Part shown: in pieces, positions 35,673-45,695 of the stretch
Layout: every line of letters begins with the position of its first letter
Position numbering within the stretch: the first letter of the stretch is position 1
NCBI GenBank assembly: GCA_966250015.1
Contig: CBINFS010000015.1
Coordinates: 6,608 to 70,607, forward strand
DNA: 64,000 nucleotides
Direction: 5' to 3'
From: an uncultured bacterium
GTDB lineage: Bacteria > Bacteroidota > Rhodothermia > Rhodothermales > DASSAV01
Notes under the pieces: generated by a model
What the model was told of the DNA's origin: nothing
What the model saw: only the letters and a program-made list of their open reading frames with translations
Database searches by the model: none
Position numbers and translations under genes: made by a program

Positions 35673-37346
35673 CTACGTCTGGATGACGCCCGGATTGAAA
35701 TGAGGGATGTGCGGGTTGTGATCGGCTAGCTCGATGCCCATACTCAACCAGGACCGCGTCTCAGTCGGCAAAACGATTTCGTCCACCCAGAGCCGTGCTG
35801 CGGCGTACGTGGGTTGCATCTGCTGCTCGTATCGTGCCATGATGCCCGCCAGAATAGCCTCTCTTTCTTTTTCACTCAACCGCCCAGACTTTTTCGCAAA
35901 TCGGCTCTCCTGAATCTGCAACAGGGTTTCGGCGGCCTGCGATCCGCCCATCACGGCAATTCGCGCCGTCGGCCACGCCAGCATCAACCGAGGATCGTAT
36001 GCCCTCCCGCACATGGCATAGTTCCCGGCGCCGTACGAGTTGCCCACGATGACGGTAAATTTGGGTACGACCGAGTTCGCAACTGCGTTGACCAGCTTCG
36101 CGCCGTCTTTGATGATCCCGCCGTGCTCAGCGCGGCGTCCGACCATAAAACCGGTAACGTCCTGGAAAAAGACGATCGGGATACGTTTTTGATTGCAGTT
36201 CATGACGAACCGGGCGGCCTTATCCGCCGAATCGGAATAAATGACGCCCCCGACCTGCATCTCGCCGGTTTTTGTTTTGACAACCAGACGCTGGTTTGCC
36301 ACTATCCCGACGCTCCAACCATCGATTCTCGCGTATCCGGTTAGAATCGTTTGTCCATAGCCCTGCTTGTATTCCATCCACGATCCCCTGTCGACGATCC
36401 GGGCGAGTACTTCTCGCATGTCGTAGGGCTGGTCGCCACGACCGGGGAAGATCTGCGGGATTTCTTCCGGTGGATAGGCGGGGTCGACCGGCGCGGCACG
36501 CTCGAATCCGGCCCGAGGGCGGGGACCCATCCGCGCGATCAGCTCCCTGATCCGCTCGATGCACGACGCGTCGTCCTTCATCTGGTGGTCCGTCACTCCC
36601 GAGATGGTCGAGTGTGTGGTCGCTCCGCCGAGGGTTTCCGAATCGATGACTTCTCCGATGGCGGCTTTGACCAGGTAAGGACCGGCAAGAAAGAGCGATC
36701 CGGCGCCATCGACGATCAACGCTTCGTCGCTCATCACGGGCAAATAGGCGCCGCCCGCCACGCAGCTCCCCATGATCGCGGAGATCTGCGGGATTCCTTT
36801 GCTTGAGAGGACCGCGTTGTTCCTAAAGACTCGCCCGAAGTGATCCCGATCGGCAAACACTTCGTCCTGAAGCGGCAGATAGATCCCCGCCGAATCTACC
36901 AGGTATACTATCGGCACCTCGTTTTCAAGGGCGATTTCCTGTGCCCTTAGTATCTTTTTTACCGTTAGTGGAAACCAGGCGCCCGCCTTTACGGTCGCGT
37001 CGTTGGCCACGACCACGCAGAGCCTCCCGCTTATTCTCCCCACGCCGCAAATGACCCCGGCAGCAGGGCATCCCCCCTCCTCTATGTACATACCGTCCGC
37101 AGCAAACAGCCCAATCTCGAACCATTCGGCGGCACTATCGAGGAGCCGTTCTACGCGCTCTCGTGCCGTCAGCTTGCCCCTTTCGTGCTCTCGGCGAATG
37201 CGGTCTTCCCCTCCGCCGAGCTTGATCCGTTCGGCCTTCTCTTTTAGACGGTCAACGAGCTGTTGAAAGGATTCTTCTCGCGTCTCACGTACTTCCTGGT
37301 TGATCGAAAGGGGATTCCCGAGGATTGCCAGTTTCGCCTCTGCCAT
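35673..37346 (-). CDS. Acyl-CoA carboxylase carboxyltransferase beta subunit (methylcrotonyl-CoA carboxylase-like)
   Basis: GKLTARERVERLLD, ANDATVKAGAW, GSCVAGGAY and GNSYGAGNYAMCGRAYDPR. Confidence 0.92.
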   Translation of the reverse strand: MAEAKLAILGNPLSINQEVRETREESFQQLVDRLKEKAERIKLGGGEDRIRREHERGKLTARERVERLLDSAAEWFEIGLFAADGMYIEEGGCPAAGVICGVGRISGRLCVVVANDATVKAGAWFPLTVKKILRAQEIALENEVPIVYLVDSAGIYLPLQDEVFADRDHFGRVFRNNAVLSSKGIPQISAIMGSCVAGGAYLPVMSDEALIVDGAGSLFLAGPYLVKAAIGEVIDSETLGGATTHSTISGVTDHQMKDDASCIERIRELIARMGPRPRAGFERAAPVDPAYPPEEIPQIFPGRGDQPYDMREVLARIVDRGSWMEYKQGYGQTILTGYARIDGWSVGIVANQRLVVKTKTGEMQVGGVIYSDSADKAARFVMNCNQKRIPIVFFQDVTGFMVGRRAEHGGIIKDGAKLVNAVANSVVPKFTVIVGNSYGAGNYAMCGRAYDPRLMLAWPTARIAVMGGSQAAETLLQIQESRFAKKSGRLSEKEREAILAGIMARYEQQMQPTYAAARLWVDEIVLPTETRSWLSMGIELADHNPHIPHFNPGVIQT

Positions 37347-37609
37347 TCGTTCACTCCTGGATGATTAGCCGGTCAGCTTTTCCAGCTTCAGCCTTTTCCA
37401 TTCTTTCAGGCTACAATCGTTCGCGTCCTTCAAGTAAGCACATTGTACACAGACTTGCACGATCCAAAAGGATACAATTGCAGAAACGTACCTATTGTTT
37501 TTTAGTGCTATTCATCGATCTTCATGAAGACGCCAACTTTCGTGAACTTGCCGGTTTGCTGGTGCGTCGAATAGAATTGATGGTGGTAAGTAAAACCGGA
37601 TCGAATAGA

Positions 37610-37939
37610 ATGGAAACCCTTACGCCGCCCAAACGAGAAGTGGACGTAATCGACGAAACGCAAACGATCCACATCCCCCAGTACCACGTCATCCTGTACG
37701 ACGATAACGATCACACGTATGATTATGTGATCGAGATGCTGTCTCAGCTATTCGGGTACGATCAGGCTACGGCCATGCGCATGGCATACGAGGTCGACTC
37801 GACGGGCCGCGTCATCGTCGCCACGACTACCAAAGAAAGGGCGGAATTGAAACGCGACCAGATACACGCCTATGGACCGGACCCACGGATAGAAAAAAGC
37901 AAGGGTTCGATGGAAGCAGCCATCGAACCCGCAGAATAA
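37610..37939 (+). CDS. clpS: ATP-dependent Clp protease adaptor ClpS (paralog 2)
   Basis: YHVILYDDNDHTYDYVIEMLSQLFG...AYEVDSTGRVIV; start set at METLTPP (37610). Confidence 0.85.
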   Translation: METLTPPKREVDVIDETQTIHIPQYHVILYDDNDHTYDYVIEMLSQLFGYDQATAMRMAYEVDSTGRVIVATTTKERAELKRDQIHAYGPDPRIEKSKGSMEAAIEPAE

Positions 37940-38038
37940 CCCCGATTCGGCAATCAGAAATGTCCCGAAACGGATGATATCGAAAAAAGCCGGCTTTCCG
38001 CCTAAATCGAGCTTGATCCTGAAGAAACAGCCTTCGGA

Positions 38039-38233
38039 TCAAAATACGGAATGCATTTTCTGAAGGATTACGGACTGGTTCTCTCCCGTCTTTTCGTGGA
38101 TCAGGCTCACCATTTTCTTGAGATTCCCGCGCGTCTTCCTCAACTCCTTGTCGTCAAACTCGACGTTACTCCAGATTGCTTGAATGTTCGATAAAACCTG
38201 CTGCCAGCTATAATCAAGTTGTGCGTTTGCCAT
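38039..38233 (-). CDS. Small CsbD-like protein
   Basis: 64 aa; W..I...W....D.EL....GN..K.V..I.EKTGE pattern. Confidence 0.65.
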   Translation of the reverse strand: MANAQLDYSWQQVLSNIQAIWSNVEFDDKELRKTRGNLKKMVSLIHEKTGENQSVILQKMHSVF

Positions 38234-38408
38234 TTTAGTTTTACCTCGAAAGGTCCAATCCCAGCTATCTGGACGTATGTTACCAGTCAGTTACACCCGG
38301 GTTTCGACCCGTCTTCGCCGTCACCCAGGGCGTAGATGGTCATCCGGGCGTTATATTGCGGTGTAGCAGCCAAAATCCCCTCGCAGTTTTACCCGGAAAA
38401 GCGGTTTT

Positions 38409-39776
38409 ATGAAAAGTGTCGCAATCATTGGTGGCGGTATCGCCGGCCTCGTGTCGGGGTATCGTTTGATGCAATTGGGAGTGGAAGTGACCCTGTTTGA
38501 AGCGTCGCACCGGACAGGCGGTTGCATACGCTCTGAGAGAAGCGGCGGCTATCTCGTAGAGTACGGGCCCAATACGATCCAGACCAAAACTGACCTCATC
38601 GATCATCTGGTAGCCGAACTCGGCCTGCGAGACCAGCAGCTTTTCGCAGGCGATGAAGCCAAAAACCGGTACGTGGTACGAAATGGTAAACCCGTTCCGG
38701 TACCCACTTCCCCACCCGCCTTCCTGAAAACGCGACTTTTTTCTACCAAAGCAAAGCTGAGAGTTCTCCGGGAACCCTTTATTCCACCGGTGAATGGACA
38801 GGTCGAAGAAAGTGTTGCGGAATTCGTCAGGCGCAGGTTGGGCGATGAGTTTCTCGATTACGCCATTAATCCTTTCGTTGCAGGCGTCTACGCGGGAGAT
38901 CCGGCAAAGCTCTCGCTGCGCCACGCGTTCCCACGTTTGCACGAGATCGAGAGCAAATACGGTTCATTGATCAAGGGATTGATACGGGTGTCCCGTGAGC
39001 GGAAGAAGTCGACCAGCCCGATGCCTTCGGGCCGCATGATGTCCTTCAAAGACGGGTTACAGACGCTGCCGGACGCCCTCGCGAAGAGCCTGGGAAACCG
39101 TATCCACCTGGAATCTCGCGTCACGAGCATTAAAAAAGAAAACAGTCGTTGGGTTCTATCGGGTGAGAACGTTGAGGCTGACCGAAGCTACGACGCCGTC
39201 CTTTTCGCAGGACAGCTCTATACACTTCCGCTCATCCAGTTCGATTCAGGCGTCGACCTAAAGGTGCTTGAGAGGGTACACTATCCTGCCGTAAGCGTGC
39301 TGGCACTGGGTTTCCCGAGGGAGAACGTTCAGCATCCCCTCGACGGATTCGGCGTCCTCGTCCCGGAGATCGAATCACAGTTCAAAATTCTCGGGACCCT
39401 GTTTTCCTCGACGCTCTTTCCTGGCCGAGCTCCCGAGAACCACGTGCTGTTGACGACCTTCATCGGAGGCGTACGTCACGAAGAAATGGCCTCTGTCGCC
39501 TGGGGAACGTTGAAGGATACGGTTACGAACGACCTTCGGGACATACTGGGCATTCGCGGCATGCCGGACTTCACGCAACACATTTATTGGCCTCACGCCA
39601 TCCCCCAATACCACGTCGGCTACGGCAAAATCAAGGAACTCCTCGATACCATTGAGAACCGGAACCCCGGTTTTTACCTGACGGGCAGCTTCCGAAAAGG
39701 CATCTCCGTTAGCGACACCATCGCGTCCGCTTTTGAGACTGCCGAAAAGATGGCTTCCTGGTTGCGAGAATCGTAA
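38409..39776 (+). CDS. hemY: Protoporphyrinogen/coproporphyrinogen oxidase (HemY-type FAD enzyme)
   Basis: GGGIAGL, EYGPNT, FVAGVYAGDP, FGVLVP, LGTLFSSTLFP and AIPQYHVG. Confidence 0.92.
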   Translation: MKSVAIIGGGIAGLVSGYRLMQLGVEVTLFEASHRTGGCIRSERSGGYLVEYGPNTIQTKTDLIDHLVAELGLRDQQLFAGDEAKNRYVVRNGKPVPVPTSPPAFLKTRLFSTKAKLRVLREPFIPPVNGQVEESVAEFVRRRLGDEFLDYAINPFVAGVYAGDPAKLSLRHAFPRLHEIESKYGSLIKGLIRVSRERKKSTSPMPSGRMMSFKDGLQTLPDALAKSLGNRIHLESRVTSIKKENSRWVLSGENVEADRSYDAVLFAGQLYTLPLIQFDSGVDLKVLERVHYPAVSVLALGFPRENVQHPLDGFGVLVPEIESQFKILGTLFSSTLFPGRAPENHVLLTTFIGGVRHEEMASVAWGTLKDTVTNDLRDILGIRGMPDFTQHIYWPHAIPQYHVGYGKIKELLDTIENRNPGFYLTGSFRKGISVSDTIASAFETAEKMASWLRES

Positions 39777-39806
39777 TCCTTGCTGACAGGCTAAAGCCTA
39801 ATCCGG

Positions 39807-40295
39807 TCAGGACGGATCTTCTACCTTCCGGAGGGCAGGGTCTCCCTTTCTCTTGAGAAATCTGTTCCAGTAGAAAATGCCGACCGAAGCGAGGATGAGC
39901 GCGATCAGGCTCATGACACTGTTCAAGGCAGCCATTCTCCAGTGAGCCCTTCCAACGGAGGCGATGACGATTTCCTGGTCCGCTCCCCGCAATACGCGTA
40001 CCGGGACCTCTGTTTTGCCCTCCAGCTCAGCAGCAAACGAATGGGGAATGGAGAGCTTTTCTTTTTCGATGATCTCTCCGTCTGCAAGCGCCACACGGAG
40101 GTTGATGTAATCGTAACTGACGTCGACCCGGTCGGACGAAAAATACTCCGTTACCCTTGCGATAGCCGGCTCGCCGTGGACCAGCGTCCGGTGAATGTCA
40201 ATGGCAACGTTCGCCTGGTTAATGGTCAAAAAGACCAGAATGACGGGAATGATCCAGAGAATCCTGGCAATGAGACGTGTACTGGACGTAGCCAC
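39807..40295 (-). CDS. Hypothetical membrane protein (2 TM flanking a soluble domain)
   Basis: 162-aa ORF with N- and C-terminal hydrophobic helices. Confidence 0.7.
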   Translation of the reverse strand: MATSSTRLIARILWIIPVILVFLTINQANVAIDIHRTLVHGEPAIARVTEYFSSDRVDVSYDYINLRVALADGEIIEKEKLSIPHSFAAELEGKTEVPVRVLRGADQEIVIASVGRAHWRMAALNSVMSLIALILASVGIFYWNRFLKRKGDPALRKVEDPS

Positions 40296-40375
40296 ACCTA
40301 AACCGATTCAAGTCTTGACAATTTGCCCCCGCAAGGGACGCTCGAATGTTGGGGTGGTTCCGGAAGTATTGCCGC

Positions 40376-40879
40376 TCAATGGACGAACAGATACGGCTTC
40401 CAGGTATCGTTGAGCGTCGTACCCACAAAATCGCGTATGAACATGACGTGGGTTGGGCGGAATGGCCGGCGACGCAGCTGCATCCCGGCTTCTTCGGGCG
40501 TGCGATTGTCCTTTTTGTTGTTGCACGCTGTGCACGCCGCCACGAGGTTCTCCCAGGTATCCGTCCCCCCTCTCGATTTGGGGATGACGTGATCCACCGT
40601 GAGCCGTTCACGGCTTCCACAGTACTGGCAGCGATAGCGATCCCGGCGGAGAATGTTTTTCCTCGAGATCATGATCCGTTTGTACGGAACGGCGGCATAA
40701 GCCTTCAGCCGGACGATGCTGGGCCAGGGGATGTGCCGGCTCGGAGACCGCACGTACCGCTCGGGAATCGCATCGACGATCTCAGCCTTTTGCAAAAGGA
40801 GTAGAACTACCGCTCGCTCTACACTGCAGAGCGTAATAGCACTGAAGTCCTGGTTGAGGACGAGAACGTGTCCGGTCAT
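40376..40879 (-). CDS. HNH endonuclease (McrA/COG1403-type)
   Basis: [29 protein letters not shown] and [15 protein letters not shown]. Confidence 0.93.
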   Translation of the reverse strand: MTGHVLVLNQDFSAITLCSVERAVVLLLLQKAEIVDAIPERYVRSPSRHIPWPSIVRLKAYAAVPYKRIMISRKNILRRDRYRCQYCGSRERLTVDHVIPKSRGGTDTWENLVAACTACNNKKDNRTPEEAGMQLRRRPFRPTHVMFIRDFVGTTLNDTWKPYLFVH

Positions 40880-41179
40880 CTTACCTACCCGATGGTCGAA
40901 GCTTCAAAGCATTCGATGAAGTTCAGATCACCCGGGGCGGGGACCGGCTGTAGTATGTCGGGTCTGTGTACTGGGAAGACGAAACCTCCGGGCTACTGAG
41001 TACACAGGCAATTCTACCGGATGCTACCCGATGGAACTGCCATTATTGAAAAACCGGCCTTGAACGTACTGGCCTCGTGATTTTTATGGCCTAAAAAGTA
41101 ATAAGACGATTCGAATAGTTAAAGGCAGGGGAAATTTTTGCAGGCCTAAAAAAATAAACGTACTGGCTTCCTGAATATT

Positions 41180-41226
41180 GCGTATGCGTGGTGCCAATCC
41201 GAAGCAAGGAAGCATCACGCATACGC
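41180..41226. repeat. 15-bp-stem inverted repeat, possible terminator or stabiliser
   Basis: GCGTATGCGTGGTGC (41180-41194) and GCATCACGCATACGC (41212-41226), 14/15 complementary, just downstream of the 65-aa gene. Confidence 0.6.
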
Positions 41227-41231
41227 CGAAA

Positions 41232-41429
41232 CTATCCTATTGATTCTGCGCCTTTCTTTCCTCTTTTCGCGTAGGCAGTCGCCGACACAAACCAGGCGAT
41301 GGTTGCGAGCAAGAAGGTAAGCTTGAACTGCCCGTCGCTTAAGTATCCAAGGAAGTAAACGATCGATGAAATGAGGCACACCGCCAGGCTGATCGCAGCC
41401 AGTGTGAATAAAATCTTCTTTGTCATCAC
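41232..41429 (-). CDS. Small 2-TM membrane protein
   Basis: 65 aa, two hydrophobic helices, 35 bp downstream of the permease gene. Confidence 0.65.
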   Translation of the reverse strand: MMTKKILFTLAAISLAVCLISSIVYFLGYLSDGQFKLTFLLATIAWFVSATAYAKRGKKGAESIG

Positions 41430-41464
41430 GGGATACCGATTGAATGCTGATCTAAACGCTTACG

Positions 41465-42886
41465 TCATACACGCTGTGTCGTAGCCCCCGGTACACGGCG
41501 GTACTTTTTGAAGGCATCCATAGAGCTGACGGCATACTGAAGGATCGTGTAGACGAGGATGGCGAATACGTAGCTGGGAAGCCAGCGGAAGTAAAGATGG
41601 ATTGACGTCAGAGCGGTGAAGGCAAGTAGAAGCGTGCCTACCCAGACGATGAGCGCATTCCAGTTGAATGCCCACCCGTATTTTTCAGCCTGGTACTGCT
41701 CTATACCCAGGCGAGGCAGGATCCAGTGCTCGGAAAAGACGACCGCACCGATCGGCATCAGCGTCAACCCGTACAGCGCCACGTAATCGAGCAATTTCAT
41801 GAAGATGACGGGGAAGCAGGATAGCACCGTGGTGATGGCGCCTGCCAAAAGGGTCACCTTCCAGCGGGACCACCCGGGTGTCATGGTCTGCAGCGCGAGC
41901 CCGGCACGGTAAAGCGTCGGATTCGCCGTGGTCCATCCGGCGAGAAGCACCCCGAACGCACCGGCTATTCCAACCGCCTCAAAGGCCATGAGTCCCGGAT
42001 TCATGTCGCGTCCGATTGCTGCTACCATCACGCCCGAGCAAATCCAGGCAAGGTAATGGCCTGCAAAAACGCCGATGCCTGAATAGAGCCCGTAACCCCA
42101 GTGCTTCGCATACCGGAATAACGCCATGTCGGACAGGCCAACGTGCATGGCCAGGTTAGCGAACCAGGCGAAAAACATGACGTGCCACAGGCCAAGCTTT
42201 TCCTGTCCTTCAATCGGAACGCCGTTCCATATCTGCGTCTGTGCAACCTCAAGAAAGTTGCTCAGATCGGACTGGACACCGAGCCTCGGAAGCGAGGCGA
42301 TTGCACCCGCAATGAATACGACGAAAATCCAGGGCGACGCCACACTGGCAAACCGGCTAAGACCTTCGAAGCCCAGAATGGCAACGATCGTAAACACGGA
42401 GCCGATGGCCAGCGTGATAAGCACCCAGCCAACACTGCTCGGATAAATGTCGGTGAGCTCGGGGCTCGGTATGCCGAACGCCATTCCGAGTGCGGTGGCC
42501 GAGACGGCAATCATGGCGCCTGCCAGAACGCAGTAAAGCACCGCAACCGCCAGGTTGTAGATCAGGGTTAGACCCGGTCCGGCAATTCGTCTGAGATACC
42601 AGTACAGCGTTAGCCGCGTACGTGTGGCAATCGGCGCACAGATGAACAACCACGACAGGACGGCAAGCAGGTTACCAACCGCCAGCCCGATGACGAGATC
42701 CCAGAATGAAACGCCGTGCAGCACGAAAAACGCGCCGATCACAAACTCGGTCGCCGCCACGTGCTCTCCGGCGAACAATCCGGCAAAATACCTACCCGGT
42801 TTCAGGTTTTTCTCGTCGACAGGCTCTCGGTCGAACTCATACAGGTTATCCATGCGCGCCATTACGCGCGACAGCGAACCAGCCAT
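41465..42886 (-). CDS. NCS1 / purine-cytosine permease family transporter
   Basis: About 12 TM helices; GEHVAATEFVIG and WTTANPTLYRAGLA; start set at MAGSLSR. Confidence 0.8.
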   Translation of the reverse strand: MAGSLSRVMARMDNLYEFDREPVDEKNLKPGRYFAGLFAGEHVAATEFVIGAFFVLHGVSFWDLVIGLAVGNLLAVLSWLFICAPIATRTRLTLYWYLRRIAGPGLTLIYNLAVAVLYCVLAGAMIAVSATALGMAFGIPSPELTDIYPSSVGWVLITLAIGSVFTIVAILGFEGLSRFASVASPWIFVVFIAGAIASLPRLGVQSDLSNFLEVAQTQIWNGVPIEGQEKLGLWHVMFFAWFANLAMHVGLSDMALFRYAKHWGYGLYSGIGVFAGHYLAWICSGVMVAAIGRDMNPGLMAFEAVGIAGAFGVLLAGWTTANPTLYRAGLALQTMTPGWSRWKVTLLAGAITTVLSCFPVIFMKLLDYVALYGLTLMPIGAVVFSEHWILPRLGIEQYQAEKYGWAFNWNALIVWVGTLLLAFTALTSIHLYFRWLPSYVFAILVYTILQYAVSSMDAFKKYRRVPGATTQRV

Positions 42887-43033
42887 ACTTGCCTCTTCGA
42901 TACAGGTTCGGTGAACGAAAAACACAATAAGCCGGAATCACCTCCCGGCTGACGCAGAATCAACCGAAGATATGAACCTGGCGGAACCGCTTTCGATTAA
43001 AAACTAAAGAAGCGACCTCCCCTTTACCTTGCT

Positions 43034-43921
43034 TCAGGCGACCGTATTCATAAGACGGCCAATCCCATCGATCTCAATATCCACCCGATCACCCGGCTGA
43101 AGAAAAACCTTCGGATTGCGAAAAACGCCTACTCCATCGGGCGTCCCCGTCGAGATGATGTCACCCGGCAAAAGCGTCGACGACCGCGTAAGGTATTCGA
43201 GGAGAAATGGAATGTCAAAAATCATCTGCCCGGTATTAGAATCCTGCCTGATTTCGCCATTCACCCAACAGCGTATCGCCAGGTGGTGGGGGTCCGGTAT
43301 CTCATCGGTCGTAACCAGGCACGGCCCCATGGGACAAAAGGTGTCGAATGACTTCGACCGCGTCCACTGACGGTCGGCGAATTGGGCGTCGCGGGCGCTG
43401 ACGTCATTCACGATTGTATAGCCCGCGATACAATCGTACGCCTCTTCTCGATGCACCCGGTAAGCCTTCTTTCGAATTACGAACGCCAGCTCCGCTTCGT
43501 AGTCCACCTGCGTCGTGGCATCGGGGTGCCACCTGATGGGTTCGCCCGGACCGATCAGAGCGGATGGAAACTTAGAAAAAAATACCGGCCTCTCCGGGAT
43601 CGGGACGTTCTGCTCGCGGCAGTGATCGAGGTAATTCAGCCCGGCGCAAATGATCTTGGACGGATTCGGTACTGGAGGAGCGAGGCGCACCGAGCCGAGA
43701 GGAAACACTACGCCGATCAACTGCGACGAACCAACGTCGAATGAGTGGTCGATCTCTGCAGCCGCCTGCCAGGTTTCATCCGTGGAGGTAAGAAATGAAA
43801 TCATGTCGGACGGAATCGTGCTGCCTGCCTTTTCTCCGGCTCTTTCCAGGTCGACCACGTAGTCACCCTTTAGCAGCCCCAGTCGTTCGGTCCCTTCTCT
43901 TCGATAAGTTACAAGTTTCAC
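43034..43921 (-). CDS. Fumarylacetoacetate hydrolase family protein
   Basis: KIICAGLNY.DH, DYEAEL, NDVSARD, SKSFDTFCPMGP and ISTGTP.GVG. Confidence 0.93.
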   Translation of the reverse strand: MKLVTYRREGTERLGLLKGDYVVDLERAGEKAGSTIPSDMISFLTSTDETWQAAAEIDHSFDVGSSQLIGVVFPLGSVRLAPPVPNPSKIICAGLNYLDHCREQNVPIPERPVFFSKFPSALIGPGEPIRWHPDATTQVDYEAELAFVIRKKAYRVHREEAYDCIAGYTIVNDVSARDAQFADRQWTRSKSFDTFCPMGPCLVTTDEIPDPHHLAIRCWVNGEIRQDSNTGQMIFDIPFLLEYLTRSSTLLPGDIISTGTPDGVGVFRNPKVFLQPGDRVDIEIDGIGRLMNTVA

Positions 43922-44169
43922 GAGCCTTCACCTTTTGAATTAGCCGTCACGCGCTACAATATGCGCCGGTGCCGGGTATTATTCCACCTACAATCTCCAT
44001 TTCACCTCTCTGGCACCGTTTTTTCCAGAGTCGAGGGTTGATTCATCGATTGGAGAAGCTGATTTTCATACCAGTATTCACCCCAGCACGAATCGACTTA
44101 AGTTAACGGGTTCGAACGCAGTGAATCGCCCACCCGATCGATCATAAACGGTTTTAAACGCGAACTCCC

Positions 44170-45687
44170 ATGCCATATCTACTCGGAATCGACGTTTCTA
44201 CGACTGCCACGAAAGCGCTTCTAATCGACGAGCATGGCTCGGTCGTCGCCGTCGGCGTCACGGAATATCCTTACGATGTTCCCAAACCGCTCTGGAGCGA
44301 ACAGGAGCCCGCTTCCTGGTGGGAAGGCGCCGTCAATAGCATACGCCAGGCGCTCGACCAGTCGGGCATCCGACCTGAAGAGATCGCCGGCGTCGGTTTG
44401 ACCGGACAGATGCACGGGCTCGTGTTGCTCGACGAGAAAGGCGACGTCATTCGCCCGGCCATCCTCTGGAACGATCAGCGGACCGGTAAACAATGTGACA
44501 CCATACGAGAACGCCTTGGCAAAGACCGGTTGGTGCAGATTACCGGTAACGATGCTCTCACCGGATTTACCGCGCCAAAAATACTGTGGGTTCAGGAGAA
44601 CGAACCTGAATATTGGGCCCGTACACGCCACATCTTGCTCCCCAAGGACTATCTGCGGTACCGGTTGACTGGCGAAATGGCGACCGATAAGGCAGGCGCC
44701 GCTGGAACCCTGTTGATGGACATTCAAAAACGCGATTGGTCCGTTGAAGTCCTGGAAGCGCTCGACATTCCCCGTTCGTTGCTGGCCGAGACGCACGAAG
44801 GGCCGGAGATCACGAGCTACGTGTCGGAGGCGGCTGCGGAAGCAACCGGCCTCAAGGCCGGCACGCCCGTGGTGGCCGGGGGAGGCGATCAATCGGCGCA
44901 AGCCGTTGGAGTTGGCGCCATTCGGCAAGGCATCGTCGCGCTGACGCTGGGCACGTCGGGTGTCGTGTTTGCTTCCGCAGATTCGCCATTCATCGAACCA
45001 GAGGGCCGTCTGCATTCTTTCTGCCACGCCGTACCAGGCCTCTGGCACCTGATGGGGGTCATGCTGTCCGCCGCCGGAAGCCTCCGCTGGTACCGCGACA
45101 CCATGGCGCCAGGCACCGACTTCCCCGACCTCCTCAGCGAAGCCAACGCCATACCCCCCGGAAGCGACGGTCTGCTCTTCCTACCCTACCTAACTGGTGA
45201 ACGAACGCCATATCCGGATCCCCTCGCCCGGGGTGCGTTCGTCGGCTTTACGGTGCGGCATACCCGGGCGCACATGACACGTGCCGTGCTCGAAGGCGTC
45301 GCATTCGGTCTGAAAGACATCTTCAACCTCATGCAGCAGTCCGGTCTCCCGGCCCCAGATCAGGTACGCGTGTCCGGTGGCGGCGCAAAGAGCCCATTGT
45401 GGCGCCAGATCCTGGCGGACGTGCTGGGCACCGAGCTGGTTACGGTCAACACCACCGAAGGGGCAGCTTACGGCGCGGCGCTCCTTGCGGGTGTTGGAAC
45501 GGGCGTCTGGCCCGATGTAGCCACAGCATGTGACCAGGAAATCAAAGTCACGGGAAGCACCACTGTCAACCTGGACAACGTGCCCGTGTATTCGGCGTAC
45601 CACCAGCGGTATCGGGACCTCTACCCCGCCCTCAAGCCGACTTTCCACGAGCTCGAAAACGTCCGTAACGTTACTGCAACCCGGTAA
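44170..45687 (+). CDS. xylB: Xylulokinase (FGGY family)
   Basis: LGIDVSTT, GQMHG, AILWND.R, GFTAPK, GGGDQ, LPYLTGERTP and GGGAKS. Confidence 0.9.
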   Translation: MPYLLGIDVSTTATKALLIDEHGSVVAVGVTEYPYDVPKPLWSEQEPASWWEGAVNSIRQALDQSGIRPEEIAGVGLTGQMHGLVLLDEKGDVIRPAILWNDQRTGKQCDTIRERLGKDRLVQITGNDALTGFTAPKILWVQENEPEYWARTRHILLPKDYLRYRLTGEMATDKAGAAGTLLMDIQKRDWSVEVLEALDIPRSLLAETHEGPEITSYVSEAAAEATGLKAGTPVVAGGGDQSAQAVGVGAIRQGIVALTLGTSGVVFASADSPFIEPEGRLHSFCHAVPGLWHLMGVMLSAAGSLRWYRDTMAPGTDFPDLLSEANAIPPGSDGLLFLPYLTGERTPYPDPLARGAFVGFTVRHTRAHMTRAVLEGVAFGLKDIFNLMQQSGLPAPDQVRVSGGGAKSPLWRQILADVLGTELVTVNTTEGAAYGAALLAGVGTGVWPDVATACDQEIKVTGSTTVNLDNVPVYSAYHQRYRDLYPALKPTFHELENVRNVTATR

Positions 45688-45695
45688 AACAAGAT

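Noticed and set aside
37325-37609. Long N-terminal extension of clpS paralog 2 given by the ORF track (and similar extensions on purS, hisA and the Zn-ADH)
   Set aside because: The extensions overlap neighbouring genes or promoters and lack family similarity; downstream ATGs fit better
37985-37996. Palindrome AAAGCCGGCTTT between the convergent clpS and csbD-like genes
   Set aside because: It has no loop, so it is a weak terminator candidate; a single copy with no further support
40376-40879. HNH as an IscB/Cas9-like RNA-guided nuclease or homing endonuclease
   Set aside because: Only 167 aa with no RuvC or bridge helix; it matches the common stand-alone McrA-type family; no intron or IS ends seen
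40960-41035. c-di-GMP-I riboswitch or hammerhead ribozyme (GACGAAACCTCCGGGCTA, CTGAG)
   Set aside because: The GGCAAA/GNRA P1-P2 partner and the CUGANGA core are missing, and no plus-strand gene lies downstream
44221-45048. 275-aa antisense ORF inside xylB
   Set aside because: Shadow ORF opposite a well-supported gene
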